Source of the DNA: Alphaproteobacteria bacterium | Lineage (GTDB): Bacteria > Pseudomonadota > Alphaproteobacteria > SP197 | Assembly (NCBI GenBank): GCA_964291265.2 | Contig: OZ219747.1 | Span: forward strand, 864,001-928,000 | Length of the DNA: 64,000 nt | Reading direction: 5' to 3' | Shown: piece after piece, positions 41,179 through 50,577 of the stretch | Layout: each line of letters starts with the position of its first letter | How positions within the stretch are numbered: position 1 is the stretch's first letter | Notes under the pieces: generated by a model | Told to the model about the DNA's origin: nothing | Database searches by the model: none | What the model saw: only the letters and a program-made list of their open reading frames with translations | Position numbers and translations under genes: made by a program

Positions 41179-41637
41179 CGGCATGGTGCGGGCCTGGAAG
41201 CGGTTGAGTACGGTGGAACGCGCCTTCCGCAGCCTCAAACCCGTGGATCTGAAGGTCCGCCCCGTCTGTCACCGCACCGAACCCCGGGTCCGCGCCCACG
41301 TCTTCCTGTGCATGCTCGCCTACTACGTTGAATGGCACATGCGCCAGAAACTGAAGCCCATGCTGTTCGACGACGAGGATGCCGAAGGCGCCGAGGCCCG
41401 GCGGTCTTCCGTCGTGGCGCCGGCAGAAGTCTCGATAAGCGCCCGGGCCAGGGCGGCAACCAAGAGGACGCCCGGAGGTGATCCGGTGCACGGCTTCTCC
41501 ACCCTCATCGGCGATCTCGCGACCATTACCCGCAACACCGTGGCGCCTCGCCTTGCGGGCGCCAAACCCTTCCAGGTCGCCACGCGGCCCACGTCGCTCC
41601 AGAAAAGGTCTTGGACGACCTCGGCGTGCGCCTGTAG
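41179..41637 (+). mobile_element. IS1634-family transposase C-terminal fragment
   Basis: KRLSTVERAFRSLK.VDLKVRPV.H....VRAHVFLCMLAYYVEWHMR, PVHGFSTLIGDLATITRN. Confidence 0.88.
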
Positions 41638-41685
41638 TGTTCCCAAGCGGACAGGTTTTGCGCTGACAGCTTGAGGGAAACCATC

Positions 41686-44600
41686 ATGAGTGGAAGGACA
41701 ATCTGGGGAACTGGCAGCGACGACGCGCTGGTCGGCGGTGCCGACGACGACACACTATACGGCCGTGAAGGCGATGATACGCTGGAAGGCGAAGCTGGCG
41801 ACGACACGCTCGAAGGTGGCGCCGGCGACGACATGCTCGACGGTGGCGCCGGCGACGATGTGCTGGAAGGCGAAGCTGGCGACGACGAACTGCAAGGCTC
41901 CGCTGGTGACGACACGCTGAAAGGCGGTGAAGGCGACGACGAACTGTGGGGCGATGCCGGCGCCGACACGATTGTCGGCGGTGCCGGCGACGACACCTTT
42001 GCGTTTCGCGTCGGCGACGGCCGAGACGTGATTGCCGACTTCGCGGATGGCGACATCATTCGATTTTACGGTGTTCGTTTCGGGTTTGACGATCTGGACA
42101 TTCGGCAGGACGGCAACGATGCCGTGATTTACTACGGCGGCGGTGACAGGATCACGCTGTCCAATGTGAAGGCCTCTTCCCTGGATGCGGGCGATTTCCG
42201 GTTTACCCGTGATAGTCTTTACGGCGGCGGCGGCGACGACACGCTGGTCGGCGATGCCGGCGACGACACGCTATACGGTGACGCCGGCAACGACATGCTC
42301 GATGGCGGTGAAGGCGACGACTGGCTGAGCGGCGATGCCGGCGACGACGAACTGTGGGGCGATGCCGGCGCCGACACGCTGGTCGGCGGTACCGGCGACG
42401 ACACCTTTGTGTTTCGCGTCGGCGACGGCCGAGACGTGATTGCCGACTTCGCGGATGGCGACATCATTCGATTTGATGGCGTTCGTTTCGGGTATGGTGA
42501 TCTGGACATCCGTCAGGACGGCAAGGACACCTTGGTTTCCTACGGCGGCGGCGATGACAGGATCACGTTGTCCAATGTGAAGGCCTCTTCCCTGGACGCG
42601 GGTGATTTCCGGTTCATCGGTGTCAGGCTGTCCGGCACTGAAGGCGACGACACCTTGTCCGGCGGCGCCGGCGACGACGTGCTGTCCGGTGGTGCTGGCG
42701 ACGATCGGCTGGAAGGCGGCGGCGGCGACGACTGGCTGTATGGCGATGCTGGCGACGATGAACTGTACGGTGGTACCGGCGACGACAAGCTTTACGGCGA
42801 TGCTGGCGACGATGAACTGTACGGTGGTGCCGGGGACGACAAGCTTTACGGCGATGCTGGCGACGACACCTTTGCGTTTCGCGTCGGCGACGGCCGAGAC
42901 GTGATTGCCGACTTCGCGGATGGCGACATCATTCGATTTGATGGCGTTCGTTTCGGGTATGGTGATCTGGACATCCGGCAGGACGGCAATGACGCCTTGG
43001 TTTCCTATGGCGGCGATGACAGGATCACGCTGTCCAATGTGAATGCCTCATACCTGGGTGCGGGCGATTTCCGGTTCATCGGTGTCAAGCTGTCCGGTAC
43101 TGAAGGCAACGACACGCTGCGCGGCGGCGCGAGCGACGACACACTGTCTGGTGGTGCCGGCCAGGACGAACTGTTCGGCGGTGCCGGCGACGACATGCTC
43201 GATGGCGGTGAAGGCGACGACACGCTGCGCGGCGGCGCGGACGACGACACGCTGTCTGGTGGTGCCGGCCAGGACGAACTGTACGGTGGTGCCGGCGACG
43301 ACACGCTGTCCGGTGGTGCCGGCGACGACACCTTTGCGTTTCACGTCGGCGACGGCCGGGACGTGATTGCCGACTTCGCGGATGGCGACGTCATTCGATT
43401 TGATGGTGTTCGTTTCGGGCATGGCTATCTGGACATTCGGCAGGACGGCAAGGATGCCGTGATTTCCTACGGCGATGACAGGATCACGCTGTCCAATGTG
43501 AAGGCACCTTCCCTGGATGCGGGCGATTTCCGATTCATCGGTGTCAGTCTGTCCGGCACTGAAGGCGACGACAGGCTGTCCGGCGGTGTCGGCGACGACA
43601 CGCTGTCCGGTGGTGCCGGCGACGACACGCTGATCGGCAAGGACGGCGACGACACGCTGTCCGGCGGTGCCGGCGACGACATCTTTGCGTTTCACGTCGG
43701 CGACGGCCGAGACGTGATTGCCGACTTCGCGGATGGCGACATCATTCGACTTTATGGCGTTCGTCCCGGGCATGACGGTCTGGACATCCGGCAGGACGGC
43801 AAGGATGCCGTGATTTACTACGGCGGCGATGACAGGATCACGCTGTCGAACGTGAAGGCCTCTTCCCTGGATGCGGACGATTTCCGGTTTACCGGTGTCA
43901 GTCTGTACGGCGGCGCCGGCGACGACACGCTGTCCGGTAGCGCCTTCGACGACACGCTGATTGGCGAAGCCGGCGACGACACGCTGTCCGGCGAGGCCGG
44001 CGACGACATGCTGTACGGCGGCGCCGACGACGACACCTTCGTGCTTCGCGTCGGCGACGGCCGGGACGTGATTGCCGACTTCGCGGATGGTGATGTCATT
44101 CGATTTGATGGCGTTCGTTTCGGGTATGACGATCTGGACATCCGGCAGGACGGCAGGGACGTCTTGGTTTCCTACGGCGGCGGCGATGACAGGATCACGC
44201 TGTCCAATGTGAAGGCCTCTTCCCTGGATGCGGGCGATTTCCGGTTCATCGGTGTCAGACTGTCCGGCACTGAAGGCAACGACACGCTGCGCGGTGGCGC
44301 GAACGACGACACGCTGTCTGGTGGTGCTGGCCAAGACATACTGCACGGCGGCGCCGGCGACGACACGCTGAAAGGCGGCAAATGGAACGACTGGCTGTAC
44401 GGCGATGCCGGCGACGACACGCTGACTGGTGGTGCTGGCCGAGACGAACTGTACGGCGGTGCCGGGGACGACACGCTGGACGGCGGTTCCGGCTACGACT
44501 GGCTGGAGGGCGATGCTGGCGTTGACACGCTGGAAGGCGGCGGCGGCGACGATGATCTGGAAGGCGGCGACGGCGACGACGAACTGTACGGTGGTGCCGG

Positions 44601-45573
44601 GGACGACACGCTGTGGGGCGACGCCGGCGACGACTTGCTGTTCGGCGGCACCGGCAACGACTGGTGGATGTACGGCGGCGCCGGCGACGACGAACTGCAA
44701 GGCGGTGCCGGCAAAGACTCGCTGGAAGGCGGCACCGGCGACGACTGGCTGGAGGGTGGCACCGGCGACGACAAGCTGTACGGCGGCGTCAAAGACGGAG
44801 AGCCGCTGTCCGGCGGCACGGGCGACGACACCTTTGTATTTCGCGTCGGCGACGGCCGAGACGTGATTGTCGACTTCGCGGATGGCGATGTCATTCGATT
44901 TGATGGCGTTGGTTTCGGGTATGACGATCTGGACATCCGGTGGGACGGCAAGGATGCCGTGATTTACTATGGCGACGACGACAGGATCACGCTGAAGGGC
45001 GTGAAGGCTTCTTCCATGGACGCGGACGATTTCCGGTTTTCCGCCGGCATTGACCTGAGCGGCGGGGCGGACCACGACACGCTCCGCGGCGGCGTCGGCA
45101 ATGACACGCTGACGGGCGGCGACGGCAACGACAGGCTCAGTGGCGGCGAGGGCGCCGACACGATCAACGGCGATGCCGGCGACGACACGCTCCGCGGCGG
45201 CGTCGGCAATGACACGCTGACGGGCGGCGACGGCAGCGACATGCTCAGTGGCGGCGAGGGCGCCGACACGATCAACGGCGATGCCGGCGACGACACGCTC
45301 CGCGGCGGCGTCGGCAATGACACGCTGACGGGCGGCGACGGCAACGACAGGCTCAATGGCGGTGACGGCAATGACACGCTGACGGGCGGCGACAGCAATG
45401 ACAGGCTGTTTGGCGGCGTCGGCAATGACACGCTGACCGGTGGCGCCGGCGACGACTGGCTCCAGGGCGGTGCGGGAACCGACATGATGACCGGCGGAGC
45501 CGGCAACGACACCTTCCTCTACAACGGATGGGGCGATGACACCATCTCGGACTTCGCTGCGGAGGAACATTGA
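41686..45573 (+). CDS. RTX (hemolysin-type Ca2+-binding) repeat protein with seven internal modules
   Basis: Dozens of LxGGxGDD nonapeptides plus 7 copies of DTFxFRVGDGRDVIADFADGD...ITLSNVKASSLDAGDFRF. Confidence 0.93.
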   Translation: MSGRTIWGTGSDDALVGGADDDTLYGREGDDTLEGEAGDDTLEGGAGDDMLDGGAGDDVLEGEAGDDELQGSAGDDTLKGGEGDDELWGDAGADTIVGGAGDDTFAFRVGDGRDVIADFADGDIIRFYGVRFGFDDLDIRQDGNDAVIYYGGGDRITLSNVKASSLDAGDFRFTRDSLYGGGGDDTLVGDAGDDTLYGDAGNDMLDGGEGDDWLSGDAGDDELWGDAGADTLVGGTGDDTFVFRVGDGRDVIADFADGDIIRFDGVRFGYGDLDIRQDGKDTLVSYGGGDDRITLSNVKASSLDAGDFRFIGVRLSGTEGDDTLSGGAGDDVLSGGAGDDRLEGGGGDDWLYGDAGDDELYGGTGDDKLYGDAGDDELYGGAGDDKLYGDAGDDTFAFRVGDGRDVIADFADGDIIRFDGVRFGYGDLDIRQDGNDALVSYGGDDRITLSNVNASYLGAGDFRFIGVKLSGTEGNDTLRGGASDDTLSGGAGQDELFGGAGDDMLDGGEGDDTLRGGADDDTLSGGAGQDELYGGAGDDTLSGGAGDDTFAFHVGDGRDVIADFADGDVIRFDGVRFGHGYLDIRQDGKDAVISYGDDRITLSNVKAPSLDAGDFRFIGVSLSGTEGDDRLSGGVGDDTLSGGAGDDTLIGKDGDDTLSGGAGDDIFAFHVGDGRDVIADFADGDIIRLYGVRPGHDGLDIRQDGKDAVIYYGGDDRITLSNVKASSLDADDFRFTGVSLYGGAGDDTLSGSAFDDTLIGEAGDDTLSGEAGDDMLYGGADDDTFVLRVGDGRDVIADFADGDVIRFDGVRFGYDDLDIRQDGRDVLVSYGGGDDRITLSNVKASSLDAGDFRFIGVRLSGTEGNDTLRGGANDDTLSGGAGQDILHGGAGDDTLKGGKWNDWLYGDAGDDTLTGGAGRDELYGGAGDDTLDGGSGYDWLEGDAGVDTLEGGGGDDDLEGGDGDDELYGGAGDDTLWGDAGDDLLFGGTGNDWWMYGGAGDDELQGGAGKDSLEGGTGDDWLEGGTGDDKLYGGVKDGEPLSGGTGDDTFVFRVGDGRDVIVDFADGDVIRFDGVGFGYDDLDIRWDGKDAVIYYGDDDRITLKGVKASSMDADDFRFSAGIDLSGGADHDTLRGGVGNDTLTGGDGNDRLSGGEGADTINGDAGDDTLRGGVGNDTLTGGDGSDMLSGGEGADTINGDAGDDTLRGGVGNDTLTGGDGNDRLNGGDGNDTLTGGDSNDRLFGGVGNDTLTGGAGDDWLQGGAGTDMMTGGAGNDTFLYNGWGDDTISDFAAEEH

Positions 45574-45636
45574 TGGGGTCACCGCGTTCGGCGACATCAC
45601 CGTTGATTCCACGGAAGGCGGCTTCGAGATCTCCTT

Positions 45637-45795
45637 CGGTGACGGCAGCGCCGACATCCTGACCGTCACGTCCAGCTTGCAGGCACTCGAAGCCGACTTC
45701 CCTTGAGGACACCACACGGTGACGGCAGCGCCGACATCCTGACCGTCACGTCCAGCTTGCAGGCACTCGAAGCCGAACACTTCGACTTCCCTTGA
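45637..45795 (+). repeat. Direct repeat, two copies with 80-bp spacing, encoding an RTX-like C-terminus
   Basis: 45637-45696 is identical to 45717-45776; both copies end gacttcccttga. Confidence 0.9.
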
Positions 45796-46139
45796 TGCGT
45801 TTCGTGCGCAGGGCCGCTCCCGTCGCCTGCCCATAGTCACAAATTCAGACATCCTGACCTCGTCCAACGTCAAGTGAAACGATTTTGGAGTGTGGCGCCG
45901 TGGATGTTGGACGAAGGCCGAGGTTTGTTCCCGGATAGACGGTCCTGGTTTGGTTGAGGGTGCCACGGCGAGCGAATGCTCGCAACGCTCGAAGCAGGCA
46001 CTCCGGCGATGGCACGGGCCTGCCACGATGTCGAGGGGCGCCTGTCGGCTTCCACGGGGGGGGATGATGGAGGAAGCCTCTCCCCGCTTCGACACGAAGG
46101 CTCTTGCGGTCGAGAGGCGGGGTCCTTGCGGCCCTGCCG

Positions 46140-46323
46140 ATGTTGCTGCGGGACGACAAGAGTTTCCCGCACATCCCGATCGCGCGGGACCACGAATGGC
46201 CGTGCATCCTCAAGTACCGGGGCGCACGCTCGCGGCTGGGCGAATATCTCGGCCCCTTCGCCTCGGCGGTTGCGGTGAACCGGACCCTGACCGCGCTCCA
46301 GCGCGCCTTCCTGCTCAGATCCA
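46140..46323 (+). pseudogene. uvrC: Internal fragment of excinuclease ABC subunit C
   Basis: [11 protein letters not shown]...[42 protein letters not shown]. Confidence 0.85.
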
Positions 46324-46480
46324 CCGGATCGTCACAGCGGAAGGTGTCGATCGCCCGGCGGTTGAGATCTATGCCGATGCTGTGCAGCGTCGGCGGTAAG
46401 CGCTCCATGATCGCCCCGCCTCCCAGGTGCAACTCGATGGACACGTCATGCGGCGGCATGGCCGCGACGATCACCTGGCT
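46312..46480 (-). pseudogene. N-terminal fragment of a D12-class DNA adenine methylase-like gene
   Basis: [27 protein letters not shown]...SIGIDL. Confidence 0.7.
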
Positions 46481-46800
46481 TGAGACCCGTCGTTGCCTTC
46501 GATCCGTACCATGCCGCCATCAACGCCTCCGATCACCCCGACGGTCAGCCCATGGAATGTCACTCCTGCACTACAGTGAGATCGAGCGCCGCCGCGGATG
46601 CCTGCATCGTGGACTTCCTCGAGGCACTGCAGGAACACTGGGATCCACCCGAAGACGATGGCTGGCCCGAGCTCGATACCGCGAATGCCTGGATCGTGGG
46701 CGGTCCGGACCCGTGCTGCTTCGGCATCGCCCGGGACCGGGGTCGGACGAAACGCGGTGAACGAGGAGCGCCAAGGGAAGGTCGAAGGGACGAGGTGTCC

Positions 46801-47922
46801 TCACGCGGGCCGGGCCGCGGCCAGATGATTGTCCCAATGACAGGGTTCGGGGAAGCCGGTGGGGAACTCTTGCCGGGTGTGCCGGTCCAGCATGAACACT
46901 CCTCCCTCGCCGCCGCTTGCCAGGAATTCCCCGTCCCGTGTGCCCGGGGCGAGGCCGCAGCCGTCCCTCAAGCACACGGAATGGAGAAATTTCCCTTCCA
47001 TGCCGTCCCAGAGGGTCACGAGGTTGCCGCGTGGGGCGCTGACGGCAAACCGGACACCTGCCCTGTCGAAGCACACGTCGCCGCAATGGTGCTTCATGGC
47101 GGCGAGGACCGGCGCCGGGGCTTCCAGCAGGAGGAGGGAGCTTGCGGACCGGCAAAGGGCGACCAGCGGCACCCTGTCTCCCGCGGGCCCTTCATACTGC
47201 ATGGCGACTGCCACCTGGCCCCCTTCGCTCACGGCGAGATGGCGAATGCCGAGAAAACGCAGGTCGCCCGCGAGGTCGAGGCGTTGCTGCAGGTCGCCCG
47301 TCTGGCTGTCGACGAAGCAGAGTGACGGCTCCATCGCCGGAAGGTTGAGCTTCGCCCTCGGATAGTCGGGGTGGGTGTGGATGCCTCCGTTGGCGACCGC
47401 CAGGGTCCTTCCGTCGGGCAACAGCCGGATGTCGTGCGGGCCGATGCCATGAGAGGAGAGTTCCCCGAGCCGATCGAATCCGGAGCGGGCATCATAGATG
47501 CCGACGGCGCCGCGCCCGGCTGCAAAATCGTTCTCGGTGGCGTAGAGCAGGCGTCCGTCGGCACTGAAGACGCCATGGCCCTGGAAGCGGCGGTCTGCCG
47601 GAGGCGCGAACCAGTGCATCACAAGACCGCGTCCGGGATCGAGTGCAAGCGCGAATTCCCCGGGGCGCCTGGCGAAGTGCACGGCCCGGCGGTTGTCGGG
47701 GCTGACGGCAAAGGCGTGCCCGCGCGCCGGGAGCGCGTGGTCGAACAGCACCTCTCCGGTCACCGAAAAGGCGCGCAGGCGATAGCGGCCGGGTGCCGTG
47801 GCGGCCGCTGAAAGGTAGACATCTCCCGCTGCCCCGGCGGCAGCCCTCGTCTCGACAGGCGCCGCGAGACCGGCGGCGAGCAGCCGCAGCACCCCGCGCC
47901 GGTCAATCACCGTCGAGGGCAT
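46801..47922 (-). CDS. DUF1513 domain protein (Tat-exported beta-propeller)
   Basis: DRRGVL leader, LPARGH, FARRPG, FQGHGVFS, GIGPHD, ANGGIHTHP, terminal WDNH. Confidence 0.92.
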   Translation of the reverse strand: MPSTVIDRRGVLRLLAAGLAAPVETRAAAGAAGDVYLSAAATAPGRYRLRAFSVTGEVLFDHALPARGHAFAVSPDNRRAVHFARRPGEFALALDPGRGLVMHWFAPPADRRFQGHGVFSADGRLLYATENDFAAGRGAVGIYDARSGFDRLGELSSHGIGPHDIRLLPDGRTLAVANGGIHTHPDYPRAKLNLPAMEPSLCFVDSQTGDLQQRLDLAGDLRFLGIRHLAVSEGGQVAVAMQYEGPAGDRVPLVALCRSASSLLLLEAPAPVLAAMKHHCGDVCFDRAGVRFAVSAPRGNLVTLWDGMEGKFLHSVCLRDGCGLAPGTRDGEFLASGGEGGVFMLDRHTRQEFPTGFPEPCHWDNHLAAARPA

Positions 47923-49003
47923 TGAAGCCGATGGGGAGATCAAGGGCCGTGGTCAGGCGGTTGCGCACGATCTGGCGAAGGGCCCGTACCCGGATCAGGA
48001 GCTTCTCCACGAGGCCGCGCCGCGCCGGGTCGGCGGCCGCTTCCTCCAGCGGCCCCTCGATCGACCGGGCCGTTTCGAGGATGGCGCGGAACCCCTTGCG
48101 AATCAGCTTCTCGAGCCTGTCTTCCGATTCCGGCAGCAGAGAGCCCAGGCCGGGTCCGGATCCACCCGTGTAGAGGTCGTGGAGCGCTTCGAGATTGAGG
48201 ACAATGTTCCGCAGTGCCCGGGCGCTGAGACGGGATTCCGCCAGGCGGGGACGGGCAGCGTCGATGTCATGGCCGACAACCGGCGCGAGCTTCAGATCGG
48301 CGATTCTCTGCAGTCCGCCGTGGAGGCTCGAGAGCAGCGTCAGGGATGCCTCGTCGTGGCTTGCGTAGTACGGGTTGTCGGAGCCGGGCCCGACAAAGAG
48401 CGTGACAAACGAGCGTTCACCTCTCCACCAGTCCCTGTCCATTCCTTCGGCCATTGTCCGCATGTTGACGGCAATGGCTCGCAGAAGACGACATCCGGTG
48501 GCGGATCCTCGCGGTTCCGATTCCGTGGCCTCCTGCCCGAAGAGCAGCGCTTCCGCGGCCATCAGCCCCTGGCCTGCCGCACTCGCGTCCTCGATGCGTG
48601 ATGGCGAGATGTCGGCCCCATCTGTCAGCAGCCCGGCCACGACCTTGTCCACCTTGCCGCGCGCTTCGGGCCAGAAATGGAACCTGCTGGTGCGCAGGAA
48701 CAGTTCGGCTGGTCCGAAACGGAGATGCTCGACATCCATCCATGCGTCCATGAGGGCATGAAACGCCGACCGCGCTTCATGCATGGTCATCGGTCCGGGC
48801 CGCGTGCAAAGGCGCTCGGCTGCGCCCTCGAACTCCGTCGCCCGCAACAGGAGAGTGCCGTAGCGGGGACGTACGTGGTTGTCGGCGAGTGCCGCATTGA
48901 CGTGTGCGAAGGACTCCGGCGATGGCCTGTCATCGGAAGCGGCGGGGACGCAGCTGACGGCAATCGCCAGTGCCATGGCTGGAAGAGTGGACGTGTGTGG
49001 CAC
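47903..49003 (-). CDS. Imelysin family protein
   Basis: Signal peptide, HLRFGP, FWP, GLMAAEALLF, terminal GFNALDGD. Confidence 0.92.
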   Translation of the reverse strand: MPHTSTLPAMALAIAVSCVPAASDDRPSPESFAHVNAALADNHVRPRYGTLLLRATEFEGAAERLCTRPGPMTMHEARSAFHALMDAWMDVEHLRFGPAELFLRTSRFHFWPEARGKVDKVVAGLLTDGADISPSRIEDASAAGQGLMAAEALLFGQEATESEPRGSATGCRLLRAIAVNMRTMAEGMDRDWWRGERSFVTLFVGPGSDNPYYASHDEASLTLLSSLHGGLQRIADLKLAPVVGHDIDAARPRLAESRLSARALRNIVLNLEALHDLYTGGSGPGLGSLLPESEDRLEKLIRKGFRAILETARSIEGPLEEAAADPARRGLVEKLLIRVRALRQIVRNRLTTALDLPIGFNALDGD

Positions 49004-49027
49004 CCCTTGACCTCCGGTTTCGTTGCC

Positions 49028-50491
49028 TCACAGGGAACGCAGAAACGCCAGAAGCGCTTCGCGTTCCCCGTCGGTCATGCGCACGACCGCGCGTTTCGCA
49101 TTCTCCGCTTCACCACCATGCCAGAGCACGGCCTCGAGAAGGCCGCGTGCGCGGCCATCGTGGAGAAACAGGCGATGGCCATTCACGGTGTGCGTGAGTC
49201 CGATGCCCCACAGCGGCGCAGTCCGCCATTCGCGCCCGGTCGCTTCGCCTTCGGGCCGGTCATCGGCGAGGCCCGGGCCCATGTCGTGGAGCAGCAGGTC
49301 CGTATAGGGCCAGATCAGCTGAAACGACTGCTCCGGCCCGAGGGAATCACGGCGGGTCACGAACTTGGGCCTATGGCAGGCGGTGCAGCCCGCTTCGTAG
49401 AACAGGCGCTTGCCGCGCAGGACCTCGGGATCGTCCACGTGGCGCCGGGCCGGTACGGCAAGGTTCCGGGCATAGAAGGCAAGGACATCGAAGAGGATTT
49501 CACCTGCTTCGACGCCCGTATCGTGGTCGTCGCCGTCTCCGTGAGGAGCGTCGAGACAGGCTGTCTGCGCCGGTGTGCAGTCGCCATGGGGCACTGGATA
49601 GAGCGGCGTCGAGATGCCGATATCGTTGCGAAACGCCGCGGCAGCCTGCTGGGAGACCGTCGGCTGGCCGGCCTTCCAGCCGAACCGTCCAATCATGAAG
49701 CGCCGGTGTTCGTCGCTCCACACCCGGTTCGGCCGCCCCGAGACTCCGTCGCCGTCCCGGTCATCCGGGTCGGCATGGGCGAGGATGTCATCGGCGAGCA
49801 CCGCTTCAAGCAGGCCGACGCCGATCATGGCTGGGGCCGTACGCGGTGATATCCGCAGGTCCGGGGCATGTGGCCCGTAGCCCGGATCGGTGATGCCGTA
49901 GCGGGGCTGACGCAACCATGCCGTGCTGCCGCCGGCCAGACGTACGGGAATCTCCTCCCATTCGACGGTCATCCGGCCCTCGGCCGGCACTCCCTGTACC
50001 GAGTGATTCTGAAGCTGGCTTCCGTACACCGGGTCCGGGTCGCGTCCGTCCGGTCCCGTGGCGAGGCGAAGAACCATGGAGACCGCCTGATTTCCAGGCG
50101 CCGGTGGCCGTCCTCGACCGTCCTTGACGTGACAGCTCTGGCAGGACCGCGCGTTGAACAGGGGACCAAGTCCGTCAGACGAACGGGTCGAACTCGGAGA
50201 GGAGACCCAGATCCTGACGAACACGCCGTCGCCAACCTCGAAGTCGAGTCGTCGTTCGAAGGACATGTTTGCAGACGGATGCGAAAAGGCGTCGCGGTTC
50301 GGCGTTGCGAACGACGTTGCGGCTCCAGCGGAGCGCCGTTCATGGGGCTCCGCAGCGGAGAAGTCGGATGTCAGGCGTGTCACCGCCTCCGCTCGTGCGC
50401 GGTCTGCACCGTCCTCGACGGGCTGCACGATGTCCGGGACGCACAGGACCAGAATCGCAACCGCAACGGCACAGAACCTGAAACCGGTCAT
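49028..50491 (-). CDS. Di-heme oxidoreductase family protein (DUF1111)
   Basis: DGLGPLFNARSCQSCH, GRFGWKA, GCTACH, DLLLHDMG, WRTAPLWG, LHDGRAR. Confidence 0.93.
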   Translation of the reverse strand: MTGFRFCAVAVAILVLCVPDIVQPVEDGADRARAEAVTRLTSDFSAAEPHERRSAGAATSFATPNRDAFSHPSANMSFERRLDFEVGDGVFVRIWVSSPSSTRSSDGLGPLFNARSCQSCHVKDGRGRPPAPGNQAVSMVLRLATGPDGRDPDPVYGSQLQNHSVQGVPAEGRMTVEWEEIPVRLAGGSTAWLRQPRYGITDPGYGPHAPDLRISPRTAPAMIGVGLLEAVLADDILAHADPDDRDGDGVSGRPNRVWSDEHRRFMIGRFGWKAGQPTVSQQAAAAFRNDIGISTPLYPVPHGDCTPAQTACLDAPHGDGDDHDTGVEAGEILFDVLAFYARNLAVPARRHVDDPEVLRGKRLFYEAGCTACHRPKFVTRRDSLGPEQSFQLIWPYTDLLLHDMGPGLADDRPEGEATGREWRTAPLWGIGLTHTVNGHRLFLHDGRARGLLEAVLWHGGEAENAKRAVVRMTDGEREALLAFLRSL

Positions 50492-50531
50492 CGAAAAACT
50501 TTCCGCGACAGGGGTTGACAGTCGGCATGAT

Positions 50532-50555
50532 AATAGGAATGGTTCGCATTCGCAA
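50532..50555. promoter_or_regulatory. Putative Fur-family operator in the divergent promoter
   Basis: AATAGGAATGGTTCGCATT(CGCAA), an AT-rich imperfect 9-1-9 palindrome between iron-uptake genes. Confidence 0.6.
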
Positions 50556-50577
50556 CAACTGTCAGTGGAGTGAGTCC

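Noticed and set aside
41686-45573. Regular DNA repeats as a possible CRISPR array
   Set aside because: The repeats are in-frame 27-bp coding units and longer modules with no unique spacers; no cas genes.
43048-46095. 1015-aa repetitive minus-strand ORF
   Set aside because: Antisense of the RTX repeats; no independent motif.
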